From positions 157,225-221,224 of the forward strand of contig JAQGDQ010000387.1 of NCBI GenBank assembly GCA_030141605.1: DNA of 64,000 bases, read 5' to 3'. How positions within the stretch are numbered: the stretch's first letter is position 1; the number at the start of each line of letters is the position of its first letter. Origin of the DNA: Tubiluchus corallicola (lineage: Eukaryota; Animalia; Priapulida). The translations under genes were made by a program, and so were the position numbers. Positions 49,920 through 62,991 of this stretch are shown here, piece after piece. The notes under the pieces were generated by a model. It saw nothing but the letters and a program-made list of their open reading frames with translations, was not told the origin of the DNA and did no database searches.

Positions 49920-51063
49920 TAGTTGAAAAGACACTTCCAAAAAAATAAAGACCAAATGAAATACATTTGTACATTTGCCTTATACAGCTGCAATGATCTA
50001 CTATACGCATAACTTAACATCATCATTTAAACTTCTCAGCTTCTAGATACCTACATTAACAATAAGACATAGGAATGTAAGGTGGAAGTCTCCAATCACC
50101 GTTTTTGAAACCAAGACCACAATAACGATAATACTGGCTCAAAACACGGAAATACATTAAAGGAAAGCAACAATAGGTCCTATAATAATGCTGTAACAAC
50201 ATTATTTATGGCTCCCGTTGTTAGCGAGTGCAGTGTTAATATCAGCTGCAAGTTACTTTGTGTTGTGGTTGCGTTGAAAATTCTTCCTGCTTCGTTTATA
50301 ATGAAAACTTTACACAAATAAAAGGTGCTGTTCGTACAGAAACATGTAATTATCCAATAAATCTTCAGGACTCGCGCGAAATTAGAGGTTCATTTTCAAA
50401 GGCGGCAATCTTGATTGTTGATACACCTACATTATGCGCTATGCAGTAATAATCTAGATATAACAAAATACCATCATTCAAAGCATGTGATACTTAAACT
50501 GTATTTTAAAGTGATTTGAATTACTGTTCCGATACAAGTACATGCACTTTTATAGAGTACAATCATTTCATTATGATTACAAGCAAGAGCACATGGTAAT
50601 CGAGTTAAATTTTTTGCCCATCTCACACAAGTCATCTATTGTCTCAGTTTGAAGGTTGAATTTAATTTTGAATTATCTATGAATGTTTAAAACACTTAAG
50701 GCGTGAACAGTTCTGGAGCTTCACGCAATGGTGTTCAAATCCAAGATACTTTATATGTTAAAAACTTTTGATAGAAATTCGGTTAAGCGTAGAACATAAA
50801 AGTTTTTAAACATTAAAACTTTGAATTCATATTTGAGTTTATCTCATCAGTAAATATTTTAACCAACGAAGTGACGTTCTAGGCTCAACTTTAAACAGGC
50901 AAACAATATTGCAGCTTAAATTTATTCATGTACTATTACTATTTTATTTTATTTTGTTTTGTTGACCGGGTAATCCTTTGACAAAAGTTCAACTGATCTA
51001 TACGTTCATAAAGAAGAGACCCTATCAGCAGTAAACAAGAAATAAAAAAATGAATAAATTTAC

Positions 51064-51373
51064 TATAGGTTTTACACGTCAAATGTAGACACAAGAAAGT
51101 TCAAATGTGACTTAGGTAAGTCAAATGTAGACAGGAATTTCGAATGTGTTTTGGTAACTCAAATGTGACTTAGGTAAGTCAAATGTAGACATAGGACATT
51201 TGAATTGACACGTGTCTACATTTGACTTACGAAAAACGCTTAAGATATCTTGAAAACCATTGTTAACACATTTGAACTACCTAAATCTACATTTGAGTTA
51301 CCAAGACACATTTGAATTACCTAAATCTACATTTGACTTAACGAAGGTCTACATTTGACATGTAAAACCTATA
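51064..51373. mobile_element. Foldback-type MITE with internally repeated arms
   Basis: tataggttttacacgtcaaatgtagac / gtctacatttgacatgtaaaacctata TIRs. tcaaatgt(a)gac subrepeats on the left arm are mirrored as tctacatttga on the right. Confidence 0.85.
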
Positions 51374-53122
51374 TTTATATTAGCCTGACAGCACTCTTAC
51401 TGTTTATATTAGTCTGAAAAATTAGTTACTGCTGTGATTACTACACGAGTTTTCATGTAAAATTTAAGAAATTTAGACAACCATTTTTGATTTTTAAGAA
51501 AATATCCAATAAAATTTATGAAAATTCACGCAGCAATGTCAAGTTTATTTCCGTTTTAGCTTCTACGTTAGCTGTAATTTGCCGTGCTCAGTAATGCTTC
51601 ATAACTTTGTTCCCGTAGTTTGATTAGCGTTTCTCGTAGTTGCGTAAACCGTTAATCAATAAAATTTCAATCTTCCTCAAGCGCGTCTTCTCAAGATAGT
51701 ACCGATTCTGAGTTTTGCGCCGTCCGTAGCGCCACCGGCGGCAATGACCGAAACTACGTCGTACTGCATTCATTGATTTCTTTTGCTGTAGTAAGTGAAA
51801 CGCTAGCAAAGACGAAATGAGGGCAGCTATCCGCGGCTGGTACCAATCCTGTGTTATTCAATAAAAGTTCCGGTCATCGCCGCTAGGTGGAGAGTGCTTT
51901 CCCTGTCTGTGCAGCGCAATACACGCTCAAATGTATTGCAGAAACGTGCAAAAATTGGCAAATTCAGGCTTGAAGTCGTAAATTAAAGGAAATGGTAAAT
52001 GCGTGCAAACATTTTGAATGCCATAGGAAGAACTGAGTCAAGGAGTTATGAAGTTCCTGAAAGAACTCTTTATTTGTCCACATCATTGGGGGGTTTTTGA
52101 TAGGGCCCTTTACATAAAGTAAGACGATTGGTAAATACTTCTGTTACCACGTACAAATTAACCACGCACATATTTATTCCTTGAAGTCTGCATACCATCC
52201 AGTTCATGAAATTTTATAACAAATTCATTTTTCATTCAGTCATTAATACGAGAATCGATACTCTAATAATAGGCACACGAAATTCAAAATAAAATCTTAG
52301 ATCTGTGGCCCTTCTCTTAAACAAAAAATTTAACACTAGGGAAACTTTTCAAGTACTTTTCAACAATTATGTTATTTAACAATTTTTTAACAATTTTATT
52401 TTTAACAATTAACAAGTACTGTTTATGAATTATTTGGAAGCTTGCAATAGAAAGATTCAATTCAAAAATCTGAGTTCGTCACATTTTTTAGTGTTAGTGA
52501 TAGAGCTTAAGTGTTGGTGTTGGCATGAATTAGATAATGTCCGATACTTGACATTGTTACATAATGTACCTATAACAGACATGTTCAATCAACAAATCAC
52601 AGCAGTCAGTTATATAAATCAATAAAAACCTATTGTAGTAGAGACTGTTACACATTTACAACTTTCTCCCTCTCCCTTCGCAAAGTTGTTGCGAGCATTT
52701 GCTGTGTGTAGAACTGACAAGCGATGCGTAACAGACTAGAATAGATAGAGATGGATTACTGCATGAACTGGCCTTCAAACAATACGCGGTCATCAGCGAA
52801 CGTTGTGCCAATTTTGCTTTTTTGATATGATAAGTTTTAAGGTCATCTCTCTACTTTCTTTGACAGCTGTTTACGAGTAAAAGAGGGGGATTTAAGAGGT
52901 CCCACATTTTCACGTTATGCAGTTAATGCGCGTTAAATGTTTGAGCCAATTGAAAGTTTCTGCCCAGCGTTTCTTCTGTGATCAACAACACAAAACTAAT
53001 TAAACTTGAGGTAGTCTGTCTTAGCGGAAATTAATAAAGTAATAATTCACAGAGGCTCGCAAAGATGAACAAACAGCTATTAAATTCTGGAGATAAAGAA
53101 AGCAAAAGAGGAAAAGAAAGTA

Positions 53123-53195
53123 GCGAAAGACGGCGGATTTGAACTCGTGACTTTTCACTTACAAGGCAATCCGGTAACTGCTAGACTATTCACTC
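53123..53195 (-). pseudogene. tRNA-like relic (SINE head or pseudogene; anticodon loop CTTGTAA, Thr-like)
   Basis: Minus strand reads atagtctagcagtta...cttgtaa...gagttcaaatc; stems degenerate. Confidence 0.45.
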
Positions 53196-53856
53196 AAGTG
53201 ATCATGACAGTTCTATCCGGTCCTCATTATAGCCAAGTTCCCCAACCAATCCAAGAGCTGACCGACGTTTTTGTATTTCCTTTCTTTCGAATGAATCAGA
53301 TTAATTTTGACATCAAAATTTAATAATTTAATAAATGTGTTTCATCGTCAATACTAACATTTAAATTAAGATTATGTATAATTAGAGGTCAAGAAATGTT
53401 TTTGACAAAATTTACAGCAAAAATGCAGCGAACTATTCCAGATAGTGATCATTGTTAGTGCAAAAAGCACCATGTTAAGTCTACAGTAAAAGCATAATCA
53501 AATATTTACTACACAGTAATTAACAAACAAATACGTCGGGTAACCAACATTTAACAAAACTATCCTCTTTTGAAGTTCCCCCAACATGTTTAGTGGTAGT
53601 GAGTTCCACAATGAAGCGCCACTGGGAAAATTCTGAAGGAGTATAACAGAAGAAGTATTGATGAGAATTAGAGAGGATTAAAGAACTGAGATTAAAGAAT
53701 TACTGTGACAAACATCAGAGACAGGCCTTGGAAGCCTGGGAGCTTTGGGACAACGATCAGAGACAGGCCCTGGGAGCATAAGAATCGAAAAGAAAATTCA
53801 AGATTTGTTTACCGTCGCTCGGCAGCCATTTTACTTACAGATTCAATGACGGAACT

Positions 53857-53864
53857 TATTGTAT

Positions 53865-53931
<67 letters not shown>

Positions 53932-53933
53932 TT
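53857..53933. repeat. (ATTT)n microsatellite
   Basis: Visible directly. Confidence 0.95.
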
Positions 53934-55121
53934 CAAATTATCCTGTGCTGCAAACTTAGTTTCAAATATAGCAAAAACACTAATTAGTAAAGTAGTAGTA
54001 GAAGACGTAGTGCTCATTAATAAAATTGTGTTTAGACATTCGACGCAGTTTTTCGCTGAAACTTCGTTTATTCACTTGAGCCTGGCATTTAATTACAAAT
54101 GCAACTGTCAATCCTAAAATTTAGTCTTTCGAAAGGGTGCCACTTACTACAGTATAAATATTAGATACACAGTTGGATGTTCGGCAACATATTTCAGAAA
54201 CTGTTTTCAAATCTCTTTTGTGAATACAGAAATTTGTTGCTCCACAAAAACTTAGCGACGTCTACAACTACGAATAAAGTACATATACAACTTTTTTTAA
54301 GTTCAACAAAAGCTTAAGCTCTGTCATAGCTGACGAACCTACAACTACATTAATTAATTACCTAATTAACTTCCTGCAGTGATGAACCAACTTGGACGAA
54401 CTTCCACTACGGCTCTTCGCTTCTCAGATTCGTAGACTAGACTTTTGCTCAGAAGAAACTCCTTGATGTCTCAGTAAAAAATCTCTTCTTGATCTCAGCA
54501 AAAATTCTGCTCTCTCTCTCTGATGTGTTTTCTTTATCACAACACAAACTCTTCTGTCTTGCATCAAATGGTTTATCCGTCTTTGTACAATTTTAGGAAT
54601 ACATCAATACTTGCGCATGTACAGTTGTAATTTCATAATTTAGCCATACATCCCCCTATACGCAGCATTCAGGTGAAAGTACGTGTACTCGCGCAGTGTC
54701 ACTGCCCTCTAAACTCATCGATATTACACGATGGCTTTCCCTGGCACCGAGTTGATGCTGATGCGAGGATATTGAACTCAATCAAACGTCGACTCGGATG
54801 AGGATGCTAGGAGTTCTGCAGCGGCAGCAGATTAGCTACGCAACGTAAAAACACAAGGAGCTGTAAAACTTCCAGGGATGCGTAAAGAGTTAATTATTTG
54901 ACACGTAAATCATTCCCGGTTCATATATAACAAACATCCAGGTCATAGATCTGTGAACTGGCTAGACCACAGTTTACAAATAACCACAAAAGTTAACTAG
55001 GCAAAAACGCAAAATCATTTGAGCAAAAACAGTTCAACAAACAAATTGAGAAACACTCAAGAAATTAAGTTCGCACCGAGCAGTTGTGAGATGCTGGGCT
55101 CCTTTGCTGCTGTACTCCTAC

Positions 55122-55168
55122 AGGTCAATGACCGGAGTTTTGAGGTCACGTGACGTGGGTGACGTCAC
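55122..55168. promoter_or_regulatory. Candidate enhancer core: nuclear-receptor IR1 (EcRE-type), E-box palindrome and CRE
   Basis: AGGTCA-A-TGACCG (55122-55134), AGGTCACGTGAC (55143-55154), GTGACGTCAC (55159-55168). Confidence 0.55.
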
Positions 55169-55589
55169 ATCACTGCCTGTCTGGGCTTCTTTCCAACGAT
55201 AGAAGCCGATCAACCGCACGTCTTGTTGAACTTTTTTAAAAGTATATCTTTAGTGATATTCACGCAGGATGATAAAACATGTAGTTTTTTTAACTACAGT
55301 TATCATTATTTATAATTAATACAAGCCCTCAATCTCGATTACGTAATGTCTGAGGGATGGTTGCTGAAGGCTTAACGGTTTTGTCATGATCAACTTTTAA
55401 TCTCTTTTACTGTTCACAAGAATTTTAATAAGTAATTTTTATCTCCAGAATTTCGGGGTGAGGCTATCACAAATTTTACATTTAACGAAGCGAAATATTA
55501 GTCCCTGAACCCACGGGAAATTATTAACTCCCTGCTGGCTCAAGCAATGTACGAAACTACAACTTCGTTGTTATTATGATATTACTTGC

Positions 55590-55860
55590 GAGCCGAATAG
55601 CCGAGTGGTAACTGTGTGTCCTTAGCGACTGAAGTTAAGTATCATCTAGCTCTGGTTAGCGACGGATAGGTGTTTGAACTGTTTTATCTGCCAGGATTAT
55701 TTAGCTTGCAGTCGGCAGGTCTATACAAATCTGAACACATCCTGCGTCTTCTTCACACCATATTTTGGTAGATATTCCTCACGCTAAAATAGGTACCAGT
55801 CCTGCCATAATAATCCACATTAAGCCCCTTGGCTTGCAGAGCGTTACAGGATAATAAACT
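55590..55860 (+). mobile_element. SINE copy with tRNA-like head and 5S-rRNA-like segment
   Basis: gccgaatagccgagtggtaa head; gaagttaagtatcatctagctctggttagcgacggataggtg resembles the 5S internal control region; A-rich tail. Confidence 0.55.
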
Positions 55861-58800
55861 AAATGAGCAAGAATTTCTTTTGATTAAATTCGAAAAAAAA
55901 TAACTATTACTGGGTATGCAGGAACGGAAACTAGCAAAGACTTACAAATTCATCATGACAATCAAGTTTGCTTGTTCTTTTTATTCCATTGAATTCAGAT
56001 TTGCTCTCTGCGTTGCCTGCGGCTGAATTTCTGCTTATTACTAAGTCTTTGAAGTCTGAAGGCCGCCTGACTTCGCAGCCGCAGAATCACTTTCCATCTC
56101 GTTATACGAGCGCCAGTCGCGCATGCGCACTGCAACACGGGGTGAACGACCGCTCTAGCATCCGAAGTTTACTCTCTCATCATCGGCAGTAGCTGTAGTA
56201 CCATGGCGGAAGTGGTACGGAGGCTGAGGAGACCTTTCAGCATCCTCGCAAGGAAATTGATTGAACGCGGTGTTCTTTGTTTGGGAAAACTTGGGAAAAT
56301 TTGCGCGCATGTCTAATCGAAGTAAAACAATCGACACTTCACACGTGTGCCGGGAACTTGCACGATGTTTGTCAACAAATATAGAGATGTTTGCATAAAA
56401 GGTTTGTTGACATCCAGAAAACCACTGTAGAAATATGAAAGATGCCAGAATACTGAAAATACTATACCTTAGTGTAATGAAAATAGCTATTTCATCTTGC
56501 ACATGTAAAACGTGCACATGTAACCTAATATTCACGTTATATTCGAACTCACAAATTTCTTTTATTACGAGGTTTGTGTTGCAGGCTATATTTAAAAAAC
56601 ACAAATAGCTAAGAAGACGTTTCGTGATTAAATTCATAAATGCTGCAGCATTTCAAGTGAAAATAAAAATGAGACAGAACATGTCTGACCCAGCAAAAAT
56701 GGCTTAGCGACATTGGCAGTAAATCAAAATAGTTTTTTTCATTTGTTTTATTTTTCAAATAAAAAACGGTTTTTTTCGTTTGAAAATTATACTCAGATAA
56801 TTATGAATTTCTGAAACCCTCGTTTTCTTAAGCGATTAAGTATAACTGACTAACTTTAGTCTATAAACGCTGCAAGTTTTGTGGCGTTACTTCGAGTAAA
56901 AATGTATAAAAACTCATAAATAAATTTCAGCGTTTTCTACTTGTTTGTCTTACATACTACATTAATTTTTGTTTAAAAAAATTTAATCACTCGTTTTTCG
57001 TCTATAAATTTCTCCCTTGAAATAAAAATGCACAAACTTTATAATTGCTGATCAAGAAGTAATATAAGCTTCTTTTTATAAACTTATTAGCAGAGCGACT
57101 AGTCTCACATTACGCCCAAGCTTATTAATACAGCAAGCGGTTGTTGTTGTTTTTGTAAACACAAGCCTTGTGAAATGAGGCTCTACAACGGGGGTTTAAC
57201 AAAGAGGGGAAAACAAAGGTAAGAATCAAATGACCATGAAATAAAACAGAAATAAACCGTTAAACAAATGTATTTTTATTGAGATAAAAAACTATTACGC
57301 TTTTTCGATTCGGGAGCTTGCGATTATTTACGTTTCATCTGATGCATCTCAGAAATGGATCCGCCCCAGCCGACACTGATTTCCTATTATAGTTTTGAGG
57401 TCACAAAGTAGCACATTCCACAAATCGTAACCAGGCATGTGGTTAAACTATGTTATCCGCGACATAGTTAGCCTTGATAGGAACGCCGAACAAACCACGC
57501 AACCTCACGTAATGTGTTCCTTATTAATTTTTATCGTATGTCCACGATTCGTGTCCCCGTTTCCGTTTTCCCGGTGCTCTCCACCACCTTACACCCCTCC
57601 CGCGAAATGGAACATCCGCGCGGGGCCTAGATTCAGCTCAGGGTGAATAGCCTCTTTTGACCCGTTGATCTCTTTTTCTCTCTCGAAGCCGGCGAACCAT
57701 AGCGGGTGTCGGTATGACAAACGCTCTGATCGTAAACAGGAACTGGGCGCCATGTTGGATCACTTTCTCTTCGAGGTATTATTAAGTTATTAAGCCTGTG
57801 GGCAGGTGTGTTGTTGTTGTTGCGATACGGATGCCCATTCATCTGTTCTAGCGACGCAGTTTTGCTTGACCTTCCACGTTGTCACTCTATTATTGTTACA
57901 GTTGTTGCTGTTTTCTTACGCCTACGTCACAATAATTAGTGGTAACTGGATTAATTCTGCAGTTGTTGGTACGATTCTAACTGGGCCAGTTGCCAATTCT
58001 TAGAACCCACACAGTGGAATGAACGAAACAGAAATGACTGATACATTTTCAGCACATGGAATCATAATTCAGCGAACAGAACAAGCAAAATAGACATGAC
58101 ACAAGTTTGGGGTTTATGGGAAATACATTCAATGTAAAAGTGAGAACTATCCTTTTAAAAACAACGTCTGTTTATCATTCAGAACATCTTTGTTTACCTT
58201 CAAATTACAAAGCTTTACATCACCTAGTAACTTCTTCCGCCGCATGTGAACTTCTGGTTTTTCCAAGTTCCAGAAATTCGGTACAAAGCAATAAGAAATT
58301 GGATTTTCAATAAACAACATAAACTCGAGACTTCCTGCCTATTAAACAGGCACAACTGAACAAGGCACCAAACGTTACTTCGCATCATAATAATTTGAGA
58401 CTATCACCATTGCCTTTATTTACTACATAGAAAAAACACAATACCTACTTTCCGTTTTCCAAGTAAGTAAGTAAGTAAGCAATTTATTGTCATTATAGCA
58501 TAATACATACGTTAAAATTTATGCGGTTTTACGTGCTGCAAATTGCTTCAACTATCGATTAAGTTTTTCTGTTGGACTGCTTCTCTTCGCAATTTTTTGT
58601 ATGTATCATGCCTTTCGTTTGATCACAACCTTAGGCAATCTGCGAATCCCTTACACAGTTGACACGTCTGCAGGCAGGGTAGTTTTTCGGTTTTTTCCAA
58701 ACTGTTGTTATCAGGTTTTACGTTACATTAGCATATCTGGTAGACTGTCAATATTCCACTGTTTGTAGCTTTTTTAAAGTTTAACTTAGCATCAGCACTG

Positions 58801-60019
58801 TGGTTAAATTTATTCAACATAAAAGTACCAGCTTCTAATCTAACTTTAATTTTATTCTTAACATTAAACCTACTAAACTAACATTAAACTTGACATAAAC
58901 TTACTATTCACAAAGTTAACAAGAGAAATTGGTTAGAAATATTTCTATAAATGGCACACATTAAGAACACATTAAAATTTCATTCAATGAAAAATGAAAT
59001 CCTTTATCTGTCATCCTACAAGAACGTTTTGCAGACCATTGTAATACACCGATTAAAGTACATAATAGTTTTTTTATAATCGTAACAGTCACGAAGTGGC
59101 AAAGTTTTCAAATTATCCCACCGGCCAAAATGACACACAAACGTTTAAGAAAAAATGGCTAAACATAGAAGTTACCTGATATAAAATCATTATCAATATT
59201 CCTGTATTCAGTAAATCTCGTGAAGACACTGGTTACTAAAAAATGTTAAAACTTTTTAGCAATTTTTGTAGAATCCAAAATGTGTCAACGTTTAATTTTT
59301 CATTTTATGACCTTTTACTTACGCTATGGTAGTTTTAGTTCGAGAAAATCTTTACGGAAATTTTAAAAAGGCAAATTGTTCATCATCTTGTAATGAGAGA
59401 AGTTTAAATCAACGTTGCAAGTATAAGAAATTTTGCAATGTGCAGATCCTACAACTGTAATTTTTTTATAAAATTTACCAAGTTGAAAAAGTATGTTCTT
59501 CGCAAGTGCATCTACCCAGAAAAATATAGTTACATGAATTTTTACTAATATTCTTACTGTACCAATGGGCTTTAAAGGAAAGAACAAGTCACTCGGTTTG
59601 CTGGGTTTATTTTACTGTCATTACTTAAATTTAGAAAAATATAACAAAAAATTGCAAAGAACTGTCTGTAAAGAATAAATTTAAAATAACTACCGCTGTA
59701 AAGAAATTTACCGGCATGATGGTTGCCACTATTCATTTGAAAATCGTGACGTAACTGGGAGACTTCGTGACTTCGTAAGCGCATCGTGGCTTTCCGTACG
59801 CGCGTGCTGCTGAAACTAATTCAAACTTGAGCAGCTTACCTAATGTTCATGTAAAAATATTACAAAATCAGCTATCCATTTTTTGTAAGAACTTGTTGTA
59901 CTTTTGGTGAAGATTGATTGTGCGCTAGTTTTCCTCAGGACGAATGACGTCATTGGAAGAATTTTTTCTTTCTCTGTATGAATTATATGTACAGGAAGAA
60001 AAATTGTGTTGAAAATGGG

Positions 60020-60160
60020 AGCGCCCAAGCACGAAGTGATCGCGACTTTAAAGTGATTTTGCTAATTTCACGAGGTGCTTATTGCAGTTTTATTATTAAA
60101 TCCTGCTAACATTTTTGGTGAACATTGAAATAAGTCTAACCGCCTAGAAGGCTTGGCCTT
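60020..60160. repeat. Interspersed repeat fragment, inverted homologue of 21650-21790
   Basis: Alignment by eye over about 140 bp. Confidence 0.75.
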
Positions 60161-60906
60161 CCTTTCATAACAGTTGCTCCACGCGGAGTCTGCAAGCGCA
60201 TAACTTTTTGTCTATTATATTCCGAGCCTCGACAGGTCTGAATTTGCCAAATCTGGCCAACCTTGAACGAAGATTCACCTACTTTTACTTGTAGGGCGAT
60301 GAACTGCGATGGCCGCGTTCTTCAGTACAGGTAGCTATTGTGGTCGGTCAACCAAATCACTTTCACTTACACCAGGTAGAGAGTGAAAGTGAAATTAGCA
60401 AAGGGTTATATGCAGACGCTGCTGTACTGTAGCATTTCAGCAGAAGTTTGGATTTCACGTGAATTTTAATGGTGTTAGTTTAAAGAATATTTTTTGATAA
60501 AAAACGTTACAATCACAAGTACATTTATAATAAAAACAAGGAGCAATTAATCAATAAATAATCAATTTTAATGCTGCTGTAATTGTTTATACGTTGGTAA
60601 CTCTGAGGCGCCAGTAAATAATCTATTTATGGTGGCCAGTAATAAAGTCACAAGGAAAATGGCACAATTTGACGAGGCAAGAATCTGAAGTAAAAAAAAC
60701 AAAAAATATTCAAGTCAGTCACAATTTATTTAAGTTCCATAAACAATTAAGGTAGTTGAACGGAAAAAAAATTAAATAAGTTAAACTGGCAAGACATGTA
60801 TTGACTTGCACACATTGACAATTCAATATTTATATATGATGGTATTACATAAATGTGAAAAAATTACGTTTCGTTCAATATCTTAGGGTTAGGATTTTTC
60901 TTTTTG

Positions 60907-61037
60907 TCCTGTGACTTTTCTGTGACTTTTTTACCTGTGACTTTTTTACATGTAACTTTTTTACATGTAACTTTTTTACCTGTAACTTTTTACCTGTGTC
61001 TTTTTTACCTGTAACTTTTTTACATGTGACTTTTTTT
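60907..61037. repeat. Minisatellite with 14-15 bp unit (tgtRacttttttacM)
   Basis: About 9 tandem copies visible. Confidence 0.9.
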
Positions 61038-61516
61038 CTGGATTCTCCTTACTAACACGATTTAAAACGCAATAATTTAAGTTAACTAACAGAAGAGTAG
61101 AATTGCCATAGTAAAGCAATAACAAAATAGTTAAAGTCAAGTGATAAGACGAATTAAATATTTTCAGTAACCCTAGCTAAGTTGATGTTTTAGCTGAAGC
61201 CTGTGCCAAAATTGGAAGTCCGCAGTTGACGAAAAGAACTGTAAATACTAAAAATGTCATAACGTACGATTATAGTTTATTCCCGTTTATACTGGGCGCA
61301 AATACTTACAGTATGTTTTTATGGACAATACGGCATTGGCAGGTTGCTGTCTCATAATACTACTACACAAAGTACATTGAACTGCAATCCAATCGATCAT
61401 AAACAGACATTGTTGACTGATTTCATTTTATTTGCATAGGATCGCGCAAATTATTACATTTAGATCTTACACTAGTCTGGTATCGGACACTGATAGCAGT
61501 CTGCTATACAATGAAG

Positions 61517-62325
61517 GTATGACCATGATGATAGTGATGGTGGTGATGATGATGATAATAGCGATGATGATGGCGACGGTGACGGTGATGATGATGGTGA
61601 TGATGATAATGACGATGACAATGACGATGACGATGACGACGACGATGTTGATGACTACGACGATGATGATGATGTGATGATTATGATGATGATGACGATG
61701 ATGACGATGATAATGTTCATGGTGATGATAATGATGATGGTGATGGTGATGGTGACGATGATGACGACGACGATGACTACGACGATGATGATGATGTGAT
61801 GATTATGATGATGATGACGATGATGATGATCATGGCGATGATAATGATGATGGTGATGGTGACGATGATGACGACGACGATGACGATGACGACGACGACG
61901 ACGACGATGTTGATGACTACGACGATGATGATGATGTGATGATTATGATGATGATGACGATGATGACGATGATAATGTTCATGGTGATGATAATGATGAT
62001 GGTGATGGTGATGGTGACGATGATGACGACGACGATGACTACGACGATGATGATGATGTGATGATTATGATGATGATGACGATGATGATGATCATGGCGA
62101 TGATAATGATGATGGTGATGGTGACGATGATGACGACGACGATGACGATGACGACGACGACGACGATGTTGATGACTACGACGATGATGATGATGTGATG
62201 ATTATGATGATGATGACGATGATAATGTTCATGGTGATGATAATGATGATGGTGATGGTGATGGTGACGATGATGACGACGACGACGATGACGACGATGA
62301 TGATGATGATGATAATAATAACGAT
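61517..62325. repeat. Compound (GAT/GAC/GGT)n trinucleotide tract with higher-order periodicity
   Basis: Marker gactac at 61653, 61775, 61915, 62037 and 62174. Confidence 0.95.
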
Positions 62326-62991
62326 AGCGGATATCAGTAAAAGAAAGCGCAAAAGAGTGAAAGAAAAGAGTTCAGTGGGAAGAGAGCCGCCTTTTAAATG
62401 TTACAAGCAAGCAACCATGAAATGAAAGCAAATTAACGCAAACGAGGTGATTCGATTTGGTCTAACGTTTAATTTTGAAACAAAATTCGCAGAACAATAT
62501 TTACACCTTTAAAACATAGTATAAGTCGCATGCACGCAATAATTAATACTAATTAATTGGAAATTAAATAATTGGATCTAAAATGCAATACATTTGGAAC
62601 AGGATGTAATGCTCAGTGTATGACGAAACAGGCAGAAGAGAAAGGGGAAATGAAAAAAGGGGAAAGTATCTACATCCCTATCAGCATTTAAAACAAAATT
62701 AATTTTATTAATATTAATTAGATATGAAATGCCATCAAGCCAGTACGACAAATATACACACTAATTCAGGATTTCTATATCCACTGCCATGTTAACTAAA
62801 TAACTAACTAAATAAATAACTTTTAATTCCTTTGAATAGTTGTAAGCACCTATTAGTCATTACTTTTCGCTGTACTGACGCATTTTCCTTTATCAGTCTA
62901 AGTTTTTATTAACTAACACTGATTGAAGTAAAGCTTTTTCAGTGATTATCAATGTATTTTAATGCCAAATAAAGATTATTATATACAATAT

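Noticed and set aside
53587-53780. Possible solo LTR plus primer-binding site, with a 2x atcagagacaggcc repeat
   Set aside because: No second LTR, TSD or gag/pol remnant; the PBS match is weak.
61432-62425. Poly-Met/Thr ORFs (possible metal-binding proteins)
   Set aside because: Frames of the GAT/GAC repeat, interrupted by stops and frameshifts in each unit; no splice context.
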